Of a DNA stretch of 64,000 nucleotides, positions 8,695-18,945 are shown one piece after another (the stretch's first letter is position 1; every line of letters starts with the position of its first letter). The translations under genes were made by a program, and so were the position numbers. The stretch spans positions 434,001-498,000 of the forward strand of contig MFPR01000004.1 of assembly GCA_001784175.1 (NCBI GenBank), written 5' to 3'. The notes beneath the pieces were generated by a model that worked only from the letters and a program-made list of their open reading frames with translations, was not told where the DNA came from and did no database searches. The stretch comes from Candidatus Lindowbacteria bacterium RIFCSPLOWO2_12_FULL_62_27. GTDB taxonomy: Bacteria; Lindowbacteria; 2-12-FULL-62-27.

Positions 8695-10626
8695 ATGAAT
8701 CATCCCGAAACCTCCATCGTCATTCGCGCGTACAATGAAGAACGGCATCTGCCGGCGCTCCTGGAGGCGATCCGCCGCCAAACGTACCGAGACTTCGAAA
8801 TCATCGTTGTCGACTCCGGGTCGATCGACAAAACACGGGACATTGCCGCCGCGCACGCCGACAAGGTCCTGCGCATTCACCCGCATGATTTCACGTTCGG
8901 ATACTCCCTCAACCGGGGCATTCAGGCCGCCGCGGGACGGTTCATCGCCATGGCCTCCGCCCACACGCTTCCGGCGCACCCGGACTGGCTCGGCCGCCTG
9001 ATCGAGCCGCTCCGGACGGAGCCGATCGCGATGGTCTTCGGCCGGCAGTTTGGGTCGGAGCGGTCCAAGTACAGTGAACAGCGTGATCTGGCGCAGACTT
9101 TCACTTCGCGCCGCGAGATCCTCCGGACAAATCGTCTGATCGGCAACAACGCGAACGCCGCCATTCGCAGGGACCTGTGGGAACAACATCCATTTCGGGA
9201 AAATCTGCCGGGGATCGAGGATTTGGACTTCGCGAAATACTGGATCGGGCGCGGCTACCAGGTGGTCTATGAGCCGGAGGCGCCCCTCTACCACATCCAC
9301 GAAGAAACGTGGCGGCAGGTCCGGCGCCGGTATTACCGGGAGGCGCTGGCGGCCAAGTGGATCGGTCTCAAGCGGCCTGCCGACGCCGCGATTGACACCG
9401 GTCTCGAATTGATCCGCGCGTTCCGCGATATCGGCCGCGCGATCCTGGAACCGGTCGCCTCGGCGGATGCGAAACCCGGCTGGATCGACCGGTCTTTGGA
9501 GATTCTCCTGTTTCGGGCGAACAAGGGGATCGGCACCGTCGCCGGCCTTTTGGACGGCGCGGCCATGGAAACCGAAACGGCGCGGGAAAACATGTTTTAT
9601 GATCGGCACTGCCAGGCCGTCGTGATCCGCGGCCCGGGCCAGGCGGCGCTGGAGGAGATCGAAATTCCGAGGGTGAATCCGGGCGATGCTCTCATTCGCG
9701 TGGCCTACGAGGGCGTGTGCGCCACGGACGTGGAGATTCTGAACGGAAGCCTCGGCTACTATAAAACGGGGACGGCGCGGTATCCGATCGTGCCCGGCCA
9801 TGAACTCAGCGGCCGGATCGTGAGCGTCGGCCCGAACGTTCAGCATCTTCAAGAGGGGGACCGGGTGGTGGTCGAGTGCATTCAGAGCTGCGGCCACTGC
9901 GAGGAATGCCGGCGGTCGAACTGGATCGGCTGTCCGGACCGCGCCGAACTCGGTGTCATCCGCCGAAACGGCGGATATTCAAAATACGTGGTGGTGCCCG
10001 GCCGGTTCGTCCATCGGTTGCCGCCGGAAACAGACCTCCGCGCCGCGTGCCTCTGCGAGCCGCTGGCGGTGGCGCTGAAAGGTCTTCGGAGGCTTTCGCG
10101 ATGCTGGCCGGCGGAACCGGCTGTGAAACGGTGCGCGGTGATAGGCGCGGGTCCTCTGGGCCATCTCTGCGCCCGCGTTCTGGCGCACCGGGGCCACGCC
10201 GTCACGGCCTTTGATCGCGATCCGCAGCGCCTGGCCTGTTTCGCAGGGTCGCCCGTCCACCTTTCGGAGAACCTCGACGGCCTGCGCGGATTCGACGCCG
10301 TGATCGAGGCGACGGGAAATCCCGACGCGCTGGACCGGGTTCTGCGTTCGAGTTCCGCGGGATCAACCGTGCTCCTCCTGGGACTTCCTTACGCCGGCCG
10401 CGAATTCAATTTCGAGCAGGTGGTCGCCTACGACAAAACGGTCGTCGGGTCGGTGGGCAGCGGCGCCGAGGATTTCAGGGAAGCGATCGATCTGGCGGGT
10501 CACCTGGACCTTGCGCCCTTTCTAACATCTGTCCTGCCGCTGTCGCGGTTCAGGGAAGCCTGGGAGAATTTCAAGTCGCCGAGGCGCCTCAAAGTTCTTC
10601 TGGAGGTCAACCCGGACGTTGACTGA
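8695..10626 (+). CDS. GT2 glycosyltransferase fused to a Zn-dependent (MDR) alcohol/sugar dehydrogenase
   Basis: N-terminal SIVIRAYNEE, VVDSGSID; C-terminal GVCATD, PGHE, CGHCEEC...C structural Zn site, IGAGPLG. Confidence 0.85.
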   Translation: MNHPETSIVIRAYNEERHLPALLEAIRRQTYRDFEIIVVDSGSIDKTRDIAAAHADKVLRIHPHDFTFGYSLNRGIQAAAGRFIAMASAHTLPAHPDWLGRLIEPLRTEPIAMVFGRQFGSERSKYSEQRDLAQTFTSRREILRTNRLIGNNANAAIRRDLWEQHPFRENLPGIEDLDFAKYWIGRGYQVVYEPEAPLYHIHEETWRQVRRRYYREALAAKWIGLKRPADAAIDTGLELIRAFRDIGRAILEPVASADAKPGWIDRSLEILLFRANKGIGTVAGLLDGAAMETETARENMFYDRHCQAVVIRGPGQAALEEIEIPRVNPGDALIRVAYEGVCATDVEILNGSLGYYKTGTARYPIVPGHELSGRIVSVGPNVQHLQEGDRVVVECIQSCGHCEECRRSNWIGCPDRAELGVIRRNGGYSKYVVVPGRFVHRLPPETDLRAACLCEPLAVALKGLRRLSRCWPAEPAVKRCAVIGAGPLGHLCARVLAHRGHAVTAFDRDPQRLACFAGSPVHLSENLDGLRGFDAVIEATGNPDALDRVLRSSSAGSTVLLLGLPYAGREFNFEQVVAYDKTVVGSVGSGAEDFREAIDLAGHLDLAPFLTSVLPLSRFREAWENFKSPRRLKVLLEVNPDVD

Positions 10627-11569
10627 TTTCGAGCGTTCCGGACCGCCGCTGGTCAGCGTCATTCTCTGCGTTTACAACGGCGAGCGATATCTGCGGGAAG
10701 CCATCGACTGCGCGCTCCATCAAACCTATCCCGCCGTCGAGGTGGTCGTGGTGGATGACGGATCCACCGACGGCACGGACGCGATCTGCCGATCGTACGG
10801 CGACCGCATCCGTCATCTCCCTGAGAGGCATCTGGGTCTTGCCGGGGCCCGTAATCTCGCGATTCGCAGCGCCCGCGGCCGGTACGTCGCGATCCTCGAT
10901 CACGATGACCACTGGCATCCGGAGAAATTGACCAGGCAAGTCCGGCTCTTTTTCAACCGGCCAAAGCTCGGGCTCGTGTACTCAAATTACCTCCAGATCA
11001 ATCCTGCGGCGCAAGTGATGGAGGAGAAGAGCGCGGCGGAGCGCGGGATGCGGCGCGGGCGCGTGCTGCCCGAACTCTATGAGCGGAATTTCATCGGCAA
11101 CACCACCGTGGTCATTCCGAAGCCGGTGCTGGCGGAGGTCGGGCTGTTTGACGAAAGACTCTGTTATTCCCTCGATTGGGATCTGTGGCTTCGCATCTGT
11201 CACCAACATCCGATCGACTATGTGGACGAAGCGCTCGCCTCCTGGCGCTGGCGGCCGAACTACGCCGAGGACCATCACGAAATCATGTTGAGAGAGGCTT
11301 ACCAGATCGTTTCAACGCGCCAGCCGCGACTGGCCGACCGGCTGACGGACGCGCAGAACCAATCGGTGGAGAACCGGCTCGCGAGGATCAGTTTTTCACT
11401 GGGCCGCCTCTACGGGCGCGCCGGTCGGGTTCCAACGGCAATCGAATGGATTCAAAGGTCGATCCGTCACGAGATTTTCACGCCGGAACAGCCGCGTGCG
11501 CTCAAATCCCTCGAAGACTTGACTGCGCTTGCAGCCGCTTCAAGTCCTCCGGGGCGCGATGGAATCTGA
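10619..11569 (+). CDS. GT2 family glycosyltransferase
   Basis: VSVILCVYNGE, VDDGSTD, ARNLAI, LDHDD, DWDLWLR. Confidence 0.9.
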   Translation: MTDFERSGPPLVSVILCVYNGERYLREAIDCALHQTYPAVEVVVVDDGSTDGTDAICRSYGDRIRHLPERHLGLAGARNLAIRSARGRYVAILDHDDHWHPEKLTRQVRLFFNRPKLGLVYSNYLQINPAAQVMEEKSAAERGMRRGRVLPELYERNFIGNTTVVIPKPVLAEVGLFDERLCYSLDWDLWLRICHQHPIDYVDEALASWRWRPNYAEDHHEIMLREAYQIVSTRQPRLADRLTDAQNQSVENRLARISFSLGRLYGRAGRVPTAIEWIQRSIRHEIFTPEQPRALKSLEDLTALAAASSPPGRDGI

Positions 11570-12557
11570 CGCCGCCGCTCCGGATCTCAGCATTTCGATT
11601 CTCACGTGGAATACCCGCGCCTGCCTGAAAGCGTGTCTGGACTCGATCCGCCGCCACACGCATGAGATCCGGTATGAAATCATCGTCGTCGACAACGGCT
11701 CCACGGACGGCGCGTTTGAGATGCTCAAGCAGGAGTACCCAGGGGTGCGCGCGATCCGGCATGAGGAGAATCTGGGATTCACCGCCGGCAACAACGTCGC
11801 CCTGCGCGCGGCGCGCGGCCGATACATCCTGCTGCTCAACAGCGATACCGTTGTCCGCGAAGGGTGTCTGGACCTCTGGATCCGCCTCATGGAGGGCGAT
11901 CCGGCGGTGGGCGTGTCCGCGCCGAAGATGTTTTACCCGGACGGACGGCTGTACCTTTCGATCCATCCGCGTTTTCCGGATCCGCTGTGCTGTCTGTCGG
12001 AGCGATCCATCCTGACGGAACTCTGCCCGCGTTCCGGATGGGTTGAACATTTCCGCCGCCGGTACTTTTACACGGCCGAATCCGACTATGCCTCCGACCG
12101 CGACATCGCGTGGGGGATCGGCGCCGCGCTCATGCTGAGGCGCGCCGCGGTGGAGGCGACGGGGCTGTTGGACGTGGGATTTTTCGCGTTCTTCGAGGAA
12201 ATCGACTACTGCCTGCGGGCGCGGGCGGCCGGCTGGAGGCTCCGATATTACCATCAGCCGGAAGTGATCCACATTTCCGCCGGAAGCCTCCGGCAGGACT
12301 ATGACCGCATCACGCACATCTGGCATGCCAGCCGGTTTTACTTTTACCGGAAACATTTTTCGGCGCCGGCCATGTTCGCGCTCAAGGCCCTGACGGCCAC
12401 CGGGATTGTGATCCGGCTGATCAAACTGCTGTTTCGAATCCGATGGGTGTCGACCGCAGGGTCAGAGTGGCGCGGCACGTTCAAAACGTACGTCCGCATT
12501 CTCCTCATGAGCGTGTTGTACCCCCTCTTTGGACCCCGCGGGAAATCCAAATCCTGA
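11559..12557 (+). CDS. GT2 family glycosyltransferase (WbbL/rhamnosyltransferase-like)
   Basis: VVDNGSTD, NLGFTAGNN, LLNSD, FFEEIDYCLR. Confidence 0.9.
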   Translation: MESDAAAPDLSISILTWNTRACLKACLDSIRRHTHEIRYEIIVVDNGSTDGAFEMLKQEYPGVRAIRHEENLGFTAGNNVALRAARGRYILLLNSDTVVREGCLDLWIRLMEGDPAVGVSAPKMFYPDGRLYLSIHPRFPDPLCCLSERSILTELCPRSGWVEHFRRRYFYTAESDYASDRDIAWGIGAALMLRRAAVEATGLLDVGFFAFFEEIDYCLRARAAGWRLRYYHQPEVIHISAGSLRQDYDRITHIWHASRFYFYRKHFSAPAMFALKALTATGIVIRLIKLLFRIRWVSTAGSEWRGTFKTYVRILLMSVLYPLFGPRGKSKS

Positions 12558-14570
12558 GACAATCGCAGCCTCGCCCCAGCGCCCCGCATACTTTGAACTG
12601 GCGGACGCCAACGCCTCATCACGGGATTTCCCCTCCTTGAATTTCTCCAGCAAGCCCTCCAGGTACTCGGCGATCCGGACGGCCGCGCGGCCGTCCTGAA
12701 AGGGGTCCTCTTGGGACATGGTGGGGAAGATCCTGCCGAAGTCCGGCTGGGCGGACGGATCCCGGCGATACTGGTCAAGGGCCTTCCAGAGGTCCTCCCA
12801 CGTTTCGTAAACGACCCGCGGGGACCATCGATATTCCGGCCGGTCATGCACACTTTCAAGATCGAGATAGACGGTCCTGCATCCGGAAAGAATGGCCTCC
12901 ATGGCCGCCGTGCCGGTAAAAAGAAATCCGACCGTCACGTCCGCCGCCTGCGCCGCCTCGGTCGGCAATAGATCCGTGACCACCGTCCCCTCATCCAGAA
13001 ACAGGCACCGCCCCGTCGCCCGGGCCTGATCCGCCAGCGACCGGATGTTCGGCAGGCGCTGAAACAGGGTCCGCGGGTATCCCGGTTTGATGATGAGCCC
13101 CAGCGCCGGGTCCTCCATCACCGCGGTCAGAAACTTCCGGTAGAGGTCCTCCGTTCGGCGGTTCGAGATGGGAAAGAGACGGTTGGCCCATGAGTTCTCA
13201 TCGAAAAAACAGACGACAAACTTCGCGCCTGCACTCATGAGCCGTTCCCGGTGCTGTCGGGATCTGTCCCTGACCAGCGGGAAGGCCTGGTCGGTGATGT
13301 ATCCGCAAAACACCAGCCGGCCAACAACCGATTCCATGCCGCGCAGGACATCCAGATAATACGGGCCAAACGCGAAATAGACATCCCGGCATACCGCAAG
13401 CAGGATGGCCGCGAAATTATGGACCGAAAACTGGTATCCGACCGTGACGCCGCCCGTGGATTTAACGGCCAGATGAAAGGGGATGGTGTCAATACTGAAG
13501 TCGTCGATGTCCACATGAATTTTCACACCATATCGCTCCACAAACTCCACCCATCGGGCATAATGGCGCACGAAATCGATAAACTGGTCCAGATAAAAAC
13601 CGGAGACAGGCTTCCCTCGCGCAAGCGACCTGATCACAAGCCCCGCGATGCGGACATTCCATTTCAGAATCATGAGCGCGCTCCGCGGACCCGGACGGTG
13701 GATCGGAACGCGGCAGTCCCGGCGGGCCCGTGGAGAAAGGGCAACAAATTCCATGTTCTCCGCCATCATGGATTCGACCATGTCCGCCGTCACCGGATGA
13801 TCCGATCGGTTGAAACAAATCATCACGCGGGAGCGGGGAACCACCGGCGGGATCGCCCAGAAAAAATCGCTTCGAATGGATGGATCGAAGGAAACGCGCT
13901 TGCCGTTGAAATTGGCCGCAAGAATCGGTCCCGCGGGCCGACCCTTACCGCCCGGCGCGCGGCGCGCCACCAGCCCCCGGACGGAAAGGACGGGCCAAAT
14001 GAATCGAGCGAGAATACGCGTCCACCGGCGCAGCGCGTGCACGGGGTGGGCATAGGTTTCAACGTGCACGCCCTGCCGGCCGGCCGCACGCGCCAGTTCC
14101 CGCGAGAAAAAGTGAGACAGCAAAAAGACGTTGGCGTGCGTCTCCATCGCAGGTTGAGTCCGTGCGTGCGCGGCGATGGCGTGGATGAACGCGTTGTATG
14201 TCATCAGCGTCGGTTGGATTTTCTTTTTCAGGTGCAAATGGATTTCAGGTTTTCCGAATCGGTCGGAAAAATAACCTGTTAGAACGTCCCTCGAAAACGA
14301 GGTCTTTGCAATCTCGGTGCACAATTCCGACAAGTCTGATCCAAAAACCGTTTCAAAGAGGCCACGCCCTGTCTCCGACCTCAGATCTCCGAGGAAGAAC
14401 TCCATCGGCCGGACGGGCATGGTTCGAAGAAAAAGAGCGTGAAGCATCGGGAAATACAGCCGACAGAAGCGCGGCCGGTCGAAGTAGTATACGCCTGCGC
14501 ACAACTTGCGCCGACGGATGATCCAAAAGACGGCGGAGAGGTTCAGTTCGTCAACGTAGAAGACCTGCAT
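12462..14570 (-). CDS. Large surface-carbohydrate biosynthesis protein (GT-B-like); paralog of 30082..32214
   Basis: 702 aa; RSDFFW, GYQFS, FFDENS, IIKPG, DPFQDGRAA shared with 30082..32214. Confidence 0.6.
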   Translation of the reverse strand: MQVFYVDELNLSAVFWIIRRRKLCAGVYYFDRPRFCRLYFPMLHALFLRTMPVRPMEFFLGDLRSETGRGLFETVFGSDLSELCTEIAKTSFSRDVLTGYFSDRFGKPEIHLHLKKKIQPTLMTYNAFIHAIAAHARTQPAMETHANVFLLSHFFSRELARAAGRQGVHVETYAHPVHALRRWTRILARFIWPVLSVRGLVARRAPGGKGRPAGPILAANFNGKRVSFDPSIRSDFFWAIPPVVPRSRVMICFNRSDHPVTADMVESMMAENMEFVALSPRARRDCRVPIHRPGPRSALMILKWNVRIAGLVIRSLARGKPVSGFYLDQFIDFVRHYARWVEFVERYGVKIHVDIDDFSIDTIPFHLAVKSTGGVTVGYQFSVHNFAAILLAVCRDVYFAFGPYYLDVLRGMESVVGRLVFCGYITDQAFPLVRDRSRQHRERLMSAGAKFVVCFFDENSWANRLFPISNRRTEDLYRKFLTAVMEDPALGLIIKPGYPRTLFQRLPNIRSLADQARATGRCLFLDEGTVVTDLLPTEAAQAADVTVGFLFTGTAAMEAILSGCRTVYLDLESVHDRPEYRWSPRVVYETWEDLWKALDQYRRDPSAQPDFGRIFPTMSQEDPFQDGRAAVRIAEYLEGLLEKFKEGKSRDEALASASSKYAGRWGEAAIVSGFGFPAGSKEGVQHAHEENADVRFERAAPL

Positions 14571-14576
14571 GGCAGA

Positions 14577-14604
14577 AGAGTAGCTCCCGTCGCACCGGAG
14601 TCAA
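14577..14604 (-). promoter_or_regulatory. Promoter TTGACT-N16-TACTCT, 6 nt before ATG 14570 (leaderless configuration)
   Basis: Read on the reverse strand; no Shine-Dalgarno sequence. Confidence 0.5.
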
Positions 14605-14637
14605 TCCTTATTCCGTCTCATCATCATCGCCGTCCCA

Positions 14638-14666
14638 TTGACTACCTCTTTCGCCTGTGCTTCCAT
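14638..14666 (+). promoter_or_regulatory. Promoter TTGACT-N17-TTCCAT (GTGC-TTCCAT type)
   Basis: Same motif at 27195..27223(-) and 33319..33348(+); in-frame ATG 6 nt downstream. Confidence 0.5.
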
Positions 14667-14672
14667 TCGCGC

Positions 14673-15518
14673 ATGCGTGCCGCGTCGAATCTCGTCTGTC
14701 CGTCGCCTGTTCTGCAGGATCAGCGATTATGGCCGGGGCGGAACGGATCTTTCGGGCGTGGGTTGATTCCCACCGCCGCACCGACCGTCGGCATCATGCA
14801 GCCCACTTATTTCCCATGGGCGGGGTATTTCGACATCATGGATCAGAGCGATATCTTCGTGCTGCTGGATTCCGTGCAGTTCACCGCCCGCAGTTGGCAG
14901 CAGCGGAACCGGATCAAAACTCCAACCGGCCCCCGCTGGCTCACCGTGCCGGTCCTGTCGAAGGGCCGGCGATACCAGAACATCCCGGATGTGCGCATCG
15001 ATCCCGCATCGGATTTCGGGCGGCGGCATCTGGAAACCATCCGTCACTGTTACCGCCGGGCGCCCTTCTTCAAGGATTACTTCGGGAATATTGCCGCCAT
15101 CCTTGCCCGGCCGCACGAGCGCCTGGTAGACTTGAATGTGGAGATCATCGAATGGATCCGGCAGAGGCTCGGGATCCGCGCCCAATTGGTGCGTAGTTCA
15201 ACGCTCGGGATCGAATCCCACAATGTGCAACTGCTCGTGGACATCTGCAAGGCCGTCCATGGGAGCCGCTATCTTTCGACGCCCGGCTCGCATGTTTACA
15301 TTGATAAGAACAATCTCTTTCCGGACCAAGGCATCGAACTCGTGTATCACGCCTTTTCGCCCCCGACGTACCGGCAGCTTCACGGAGGGTTCACCCCCCG
15401 GCTCTCCATTCTGGATCTGCTGATGAACGAGGGTCCCGTGAGTGCGGCCCTGATCCGGTCGGGGAGACGTCCTTCACGTATGGCGGAAGAAATTCACTCG
15501 ACGCTCATCCTCGATTAA
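14673..15518 (+). CDS. WbqC family protein (start uncertain: ATG 14673 or TTG 14763)
   Basis: IMQPTYFPWAGYF, QQRNRIKT, WLTVPV, YRQLHGGF, LSILDLLMNEG. Confidence 0.85.
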   Translation: MRAASNLVCPSPVLQDQRLWPGRNGSFGRGLIPTAAPTVGIMQPTYFPWAGYFDIMDQSDIFVLLDSVQFTARSWQQRNRIKTPTGPRWLTVPVLSKGRRYQNIPDVRIDPASDFGRRHLETIRHCYRRAPFFKDYFGNIAAILARPHERLVDLNVEIIEWIRQRLGIRAQLVRSSTLGIESHNVQLLVDICKAVHGSRYLSTPGSHVYIDKNNLFPDQGIELVYHAFSPPTYRQLHGGFTPRLSILDLLMNEGPVSAALIRSGRRPSRMAEEIHSTLILD

Positions 15519-15589
15519 TCCATGCCCGTCGTCATCCGCGCGCCGCGCCGTGGACGGCCTGTATCCCCGCACATTAGATCGGCGCGCTC

Positions 15590-17311
15590 ATGACCGCCTC
15601 CGTCAGCCTGGTGATTCCGGCCTGCGATCCGAAATGGTTCGAGGCGGTCGGAGACGAGCATCTGTTTGCAGCCGCTGTGAAAAAGGCGAAATCCTGTGAA
15701 GCAATCGGGCCCCTTTACGCGGCCGTCCTGCTGGAAACCCGGCGTGAGTTGGATGCGCGGATGCAACAGATCTCGGCGCCCATCACGCCGATCGTTCTGG
15801 ATCATCGCCCGAACCTGAGACCTCGGACCGCCGTGCACTTTTTAAAACGCGCACTCCAGTCCACCGATACCGAATGGGTGGCCACCCTGCCGCCGCCCGA
15901 GGCGAATTTTTTTGATGTCGATACGTTCAACTACATGTACCGGAAGGCGCTTGAACACCGGCCCCAACTTCTGATGAACTGGCCATGGCCGGGATGGAGA
16001 ATTGTCCTCATGCATCGATCGATGTTGCCCCGGCTGGAGGAATGGGAAACGCTTCTGCAGAAGCCCCACGACTGCACGCTGTGGATGCTGAAAATTTTCA
16101 ACTCGCTCGGAAACAAATTTATGATGCTCCATGACGAGTATTACGTGGACTACCGGAAGCGGAAAAAAAGGCCGTTCAACAACAATCATCCCTATTTCTG
16201 GGGCGTCGGGGAGAGCACGATCGAAGCCTATCGGACGCTCACGGGAACGCTGAAGCGCCGGCTTTCAGAGTTGGACGTGGAAACCGTGTCCGAGTGCCTG
16301 GAAACCTGCGATGTCCTCGCAGGCGCCAACCCCTCCTCGATCTGGGTTGAGATTTCTTCCGTGAACGACGCGCCGCCCGTTTACTTTGATCCTCGTCAAG
16401 CTCCGGCGAGGGCTCAGGACCCGCCGTACATGCCGATGGCCGTTTTTGAACGAATCCTGTCTCTGGCCGGAGAAGATCCGGCCATGTGCCGGAATCTGCA
16501 TCTGAGCGGCATCGGAGAGCCCCTGCAGCATCCCGAATATCCGGGCATCCTGCAACGTCTTCATGCCGTCTACGAACGCGACGGATTCGCGGGTGTCCAT
16601 TGCTATACCGATGGCCGGCACCTGACGGAGGCCGTGGCCCGCGAACTGGTCCGGGGGGCCGTCGAGTCGGTCATGATCTCGCTGGACGCCGTGGATGAAT
16701 CCAATTATCGGAAAGTCCGGCCCAAAGGCGATTACGCGGCCATTCGGCGGAACATCGATCGACTTTTGGACTTCAAGCGGTCCAAACCCGGCCATCCGCT
16801 GTTGAACGGCCCAAGCCCGATCATCGCGCTCACCACCACGCTCGTTGCCGAACTGGAAGATCACATCGATGCGTTCATGTCGGCCTACACGACCGGCGAG
16901 GCATTCTTAAAGAAGTACGGCAGGTCGCTGACTCATGATCAGTGGGCGGAGGCCGACCTGGCCTATTACCGCGAGGGCCACGGGGTGGAACATCTGGTGA
17001 TTGCAGGCGCCTCGACCTATGCCGGCCAAAATCCGGACCATCGGCGGATCAATTACACGCCGTTCAAGCGATTGCCCTGCCGGAGGCTCCTCAAAACCCT
17101 TTTCATCAAAGCCAGTGGAGACATTGTTCCCTGTGACCGCGTTCTCAGTCCAACGCCCCAAACGGTGGTCGCGAACGTCATGGAAATCAGATCGCTCAAA
17201 GATGCTTGGGACCGGCTGGCGGGGGCCCGGCAGGCGCATCGCGACGGACGATACGAGAGAGCCATCAGCCTTTGTGTTCCATGCGAGGACTGGTTTTATC
17301 CAGTCGACTGA
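15590..17311 (+). CDS. Degenerate radical SAM protein with C-terminal SPASM/twitch domain (spiro-SPASM-like architecture)
   Basis: LSGIGEPLQHP, YTDG, ISLDA; C-terminal PCRRL...GDIVPC...LCVPCEDW; no CxxxCxxC at the expected position. Confidence 0.7.
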   Translation: MTASVSLVIPACDPKWFEAVGDEHLFAAAVKKAKSCEAIGPLYAAVLLETRRELDARMQQISAPITPIVLDHRPNLRPRTAVHFLKRALQSTDTEWVATLPPPEANFFDVDTFNYMYRKALEHRPQLLMNWPWPGWRIVLMHRSMLPRLEEWETLLQKPHDCTLWMLKIFNSLGNKFMMLHDEYYVDYRKRKKRPFNNNHPYFWGVGESTIEAYRTLTGTLKRRLSELDVETVSECLETCDVLAGANPSSIWVEISSVNDAPPVYFDPRQAPARAQDPPYMPMAVFERILSLAGEDPAMCRNLHLSGIGEPLQHPEYPGILQRLHAVYERDGFAGVHCYTDGRHLTEAVARELVRGAVESVMISLDAVDESNYRKVRPKGDYAAIRRNIDRLLDFKRSKPGHPLLNGPSPIIALTTTLVAELEDHIDAFMSAYTTGEAFLKKYGRSLTHDQWAEADLAYYREGHGVEHLVIAGASTYAGQNPDHRRINYTPFKRLPCRRLLKTLFIKASGDIVPCDRVLSPTPQTVVANVMEIRSLKDAWDRLAGARQAHRDGRYERAISLCVPCEDWFYPVD

Positions 17312-17967
17312 GCGCCTTCCTGGAAACAGTTCTTTCTTGGTGTATGAGGTGTCCGATAAACGTACACGCTGAATTCAAACGGCATCACGCCCGCGCGGAC
17401 TTCGTAGTCGTGCCGAAGCACGACACAGGGGCTCAATGTCTCCTTGCAATAGGAAAAAACGCGGCCCGGGTCCACATACCATAGGTCCGGCGAGAAGTGA
17501 TCGACGTAGGTCGAGAGCAAATTGAACGCCAGAACGCGTCGGACGCCGGGGAAAACCCTGCCGCACACTCGCGTGAAGAATTCCCAGTTGGCCGTCCGCC
17601 GGTTGTTAAACACTCCGCTGATGCAGGCGACATCACAGGGCGCCGCCAGGCCCTCCTCGGCAACGTCACGGACTTCGAAGGTCGCTTCCGGATATTTGCG
17701 CCGGGCATGCGCGATGACGCCGGGAACGACGTCATAGCCCGTGTAGGCCCCTCGAAAATCGGCGGCCCGCAAAAAGGCGTACAACTGTCCCGGCCCGCAG
17801 CCGACATCCGCCACGACAGACTGGCGCATGTCGATCACTTCGGACAAAATCTTGAACCGGCTGTACTGGGACTCCCGGCTTGCCCATTGCGACGCCTCGG
17901 GGGCATCGCCATACTGTTCGAACAGGCGGGCGTAATGGTCCCGGATCAGACAGGTGTCGGTGTTCAT
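17296..17967 (-). CDS. Class I SAM-dependent methyltransferase
   Basis: DVGCGPG, GYDVV, SGVFN, VLRHDY. Confidence 0.85.
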   Translation of the reverse strand: MNTDTCLIRDHYARLFEQYGDAPEASQWASRESQYSRFKILSEVIDMRQSVVADVGCGPGQLYAFLRAADFRGAYTGYDVVPGVIAHARRKYPEATFEVRDVAEEGLAAPCDVACISGVFNNRRTANWEFFTRVCGRVFPGVRRVLAFNLLSTYVDHFSPDLWYVDPGRVFSYCKETLSPCVVLRHDYEVRAGVMPFEFSVYVYRTPHTPRKNCFQEGAQSTG

Positions 17968-18758
17968 GAATGACCCGGGATTGTGTAAAGCACGTTAAAG
18001 CGGCACCCGAAATAGGGATTCCGCTCATGCACGTCACAAATCTGCGTCGTCAAGCCATGCTCCTCGCCAAAACGAAGGAATTCCTCCCTGCAGAAAAAAT
18101 AACATCCAACCTTCGGCTCAATGCCCCACACGGCTCTCTTGTACCAGAGAAGGATCCGCCTGAATAGACTTGATTTCACCTGCGGGCGCCGGGCCGGGCC
18201 GTAGCGACGGTCCAAGTCCTCGGCGACGGCCGCAAGGCGACGGCCGAAGGATTCGGTCATGGACCGGTCGTTGATCCCGCCGATCAGCATCTTTCCACCG
18301 GGCCGGGTCACCCGCATCATCTCGCTCATGATCTGCCGCACAATTCTGAAAGCCGGGACGTTCGTAAGGACGTCATAACAAAGAACCCGGTCGAAATGGC
18401 GGGCTGGAAAATCCAGACGGGCGGCGTCCATCACCTGAAACTCCGCGCCCGCCAGCCGGCGGGACCGCGCCAGGCCAACGGCGGCCCTCGACACATCGAT
18501 CCCTGAATAGGACCCGACGTGGCGCGACAGCCCCGCCGTCAACAGGCCGGCCGCGCATCCAACTTCAAGCATGGCGTGACTCGGGGACAGTTCCAGCTGC
18601 CGGCGGATCGATTCGATCACATCGTCCAGAAAATCCTGCCGGCCCCACACCCGCACATCCTTCCCGCTGACATGGCAAAGATCTTCAACGCTTGGTGGAA
18701 CCGAAATGCCAATCGCCCGCAGATCATAAAACGCCGTCAACGACCCCAGCCATCTCAT
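17964..18758 (-). CDS. Class I SAM-dependent methyltransferase (start uncertain)
   Basis: MLEVGCAAG, GIDVS, FDRVLCY, RVTRPGG. Confidence 0.8.
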   Translation of the reverse strand: MRWLGSLTAFYDLRAIGISVPPSVEDLCHVSGKDVRVWGRQDFLDDVIESIRRQLELSPSHAMLEVGCAAGLLTAGLSRHVGSYSGIDVSRAAVGLARSRRLAGAEFQVMDAARLDFPARHFDRVLCYDVLTNVPAFRIVRQIMSEMMRVTRPGGKMLIGGINDRSMTESFGRRLAAVAEDLDRRYGPARRPQVKSSLFRRILLWYKRAVWGIEPKVGCYFFCREEFLRFGEEHGLTTQICDVHERNPYFGCRFNVLYTIPGHS

Positions 18759-18945
18759 CGCTGCGCGCTGACTGTGCCACGCAACCGGTGGAATTTCAAC
18801 CACACGAGAGTAGACGGGATTGTCCGGAAATGGTAAAGACGGGCCGCCGATGAGCAACGGGTTCGCAGATGCAGGGCGTCGTGGCCAGAACAGTGTGAAA
18901 ACTGCCGCGATCCGCAGACCAGCCGACAAGGGAGCGCGCAGACGG

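Noticed and set aside
14371-14394. GTCTCCGAC...CTCCGAG resembling the element loops
   Set aside because: Only 2-3-bp stems, no CAAGT linker or GGAYCA end; ordinary coding sequence (LGDLRSET).
15590-17311. RiPP maturase (rSAM/SPASM) with a precursor peptide
   Set aside because: No CxxxCxxC motif, no nearby precursor ORF or RRE-like partner, and a glycan context.
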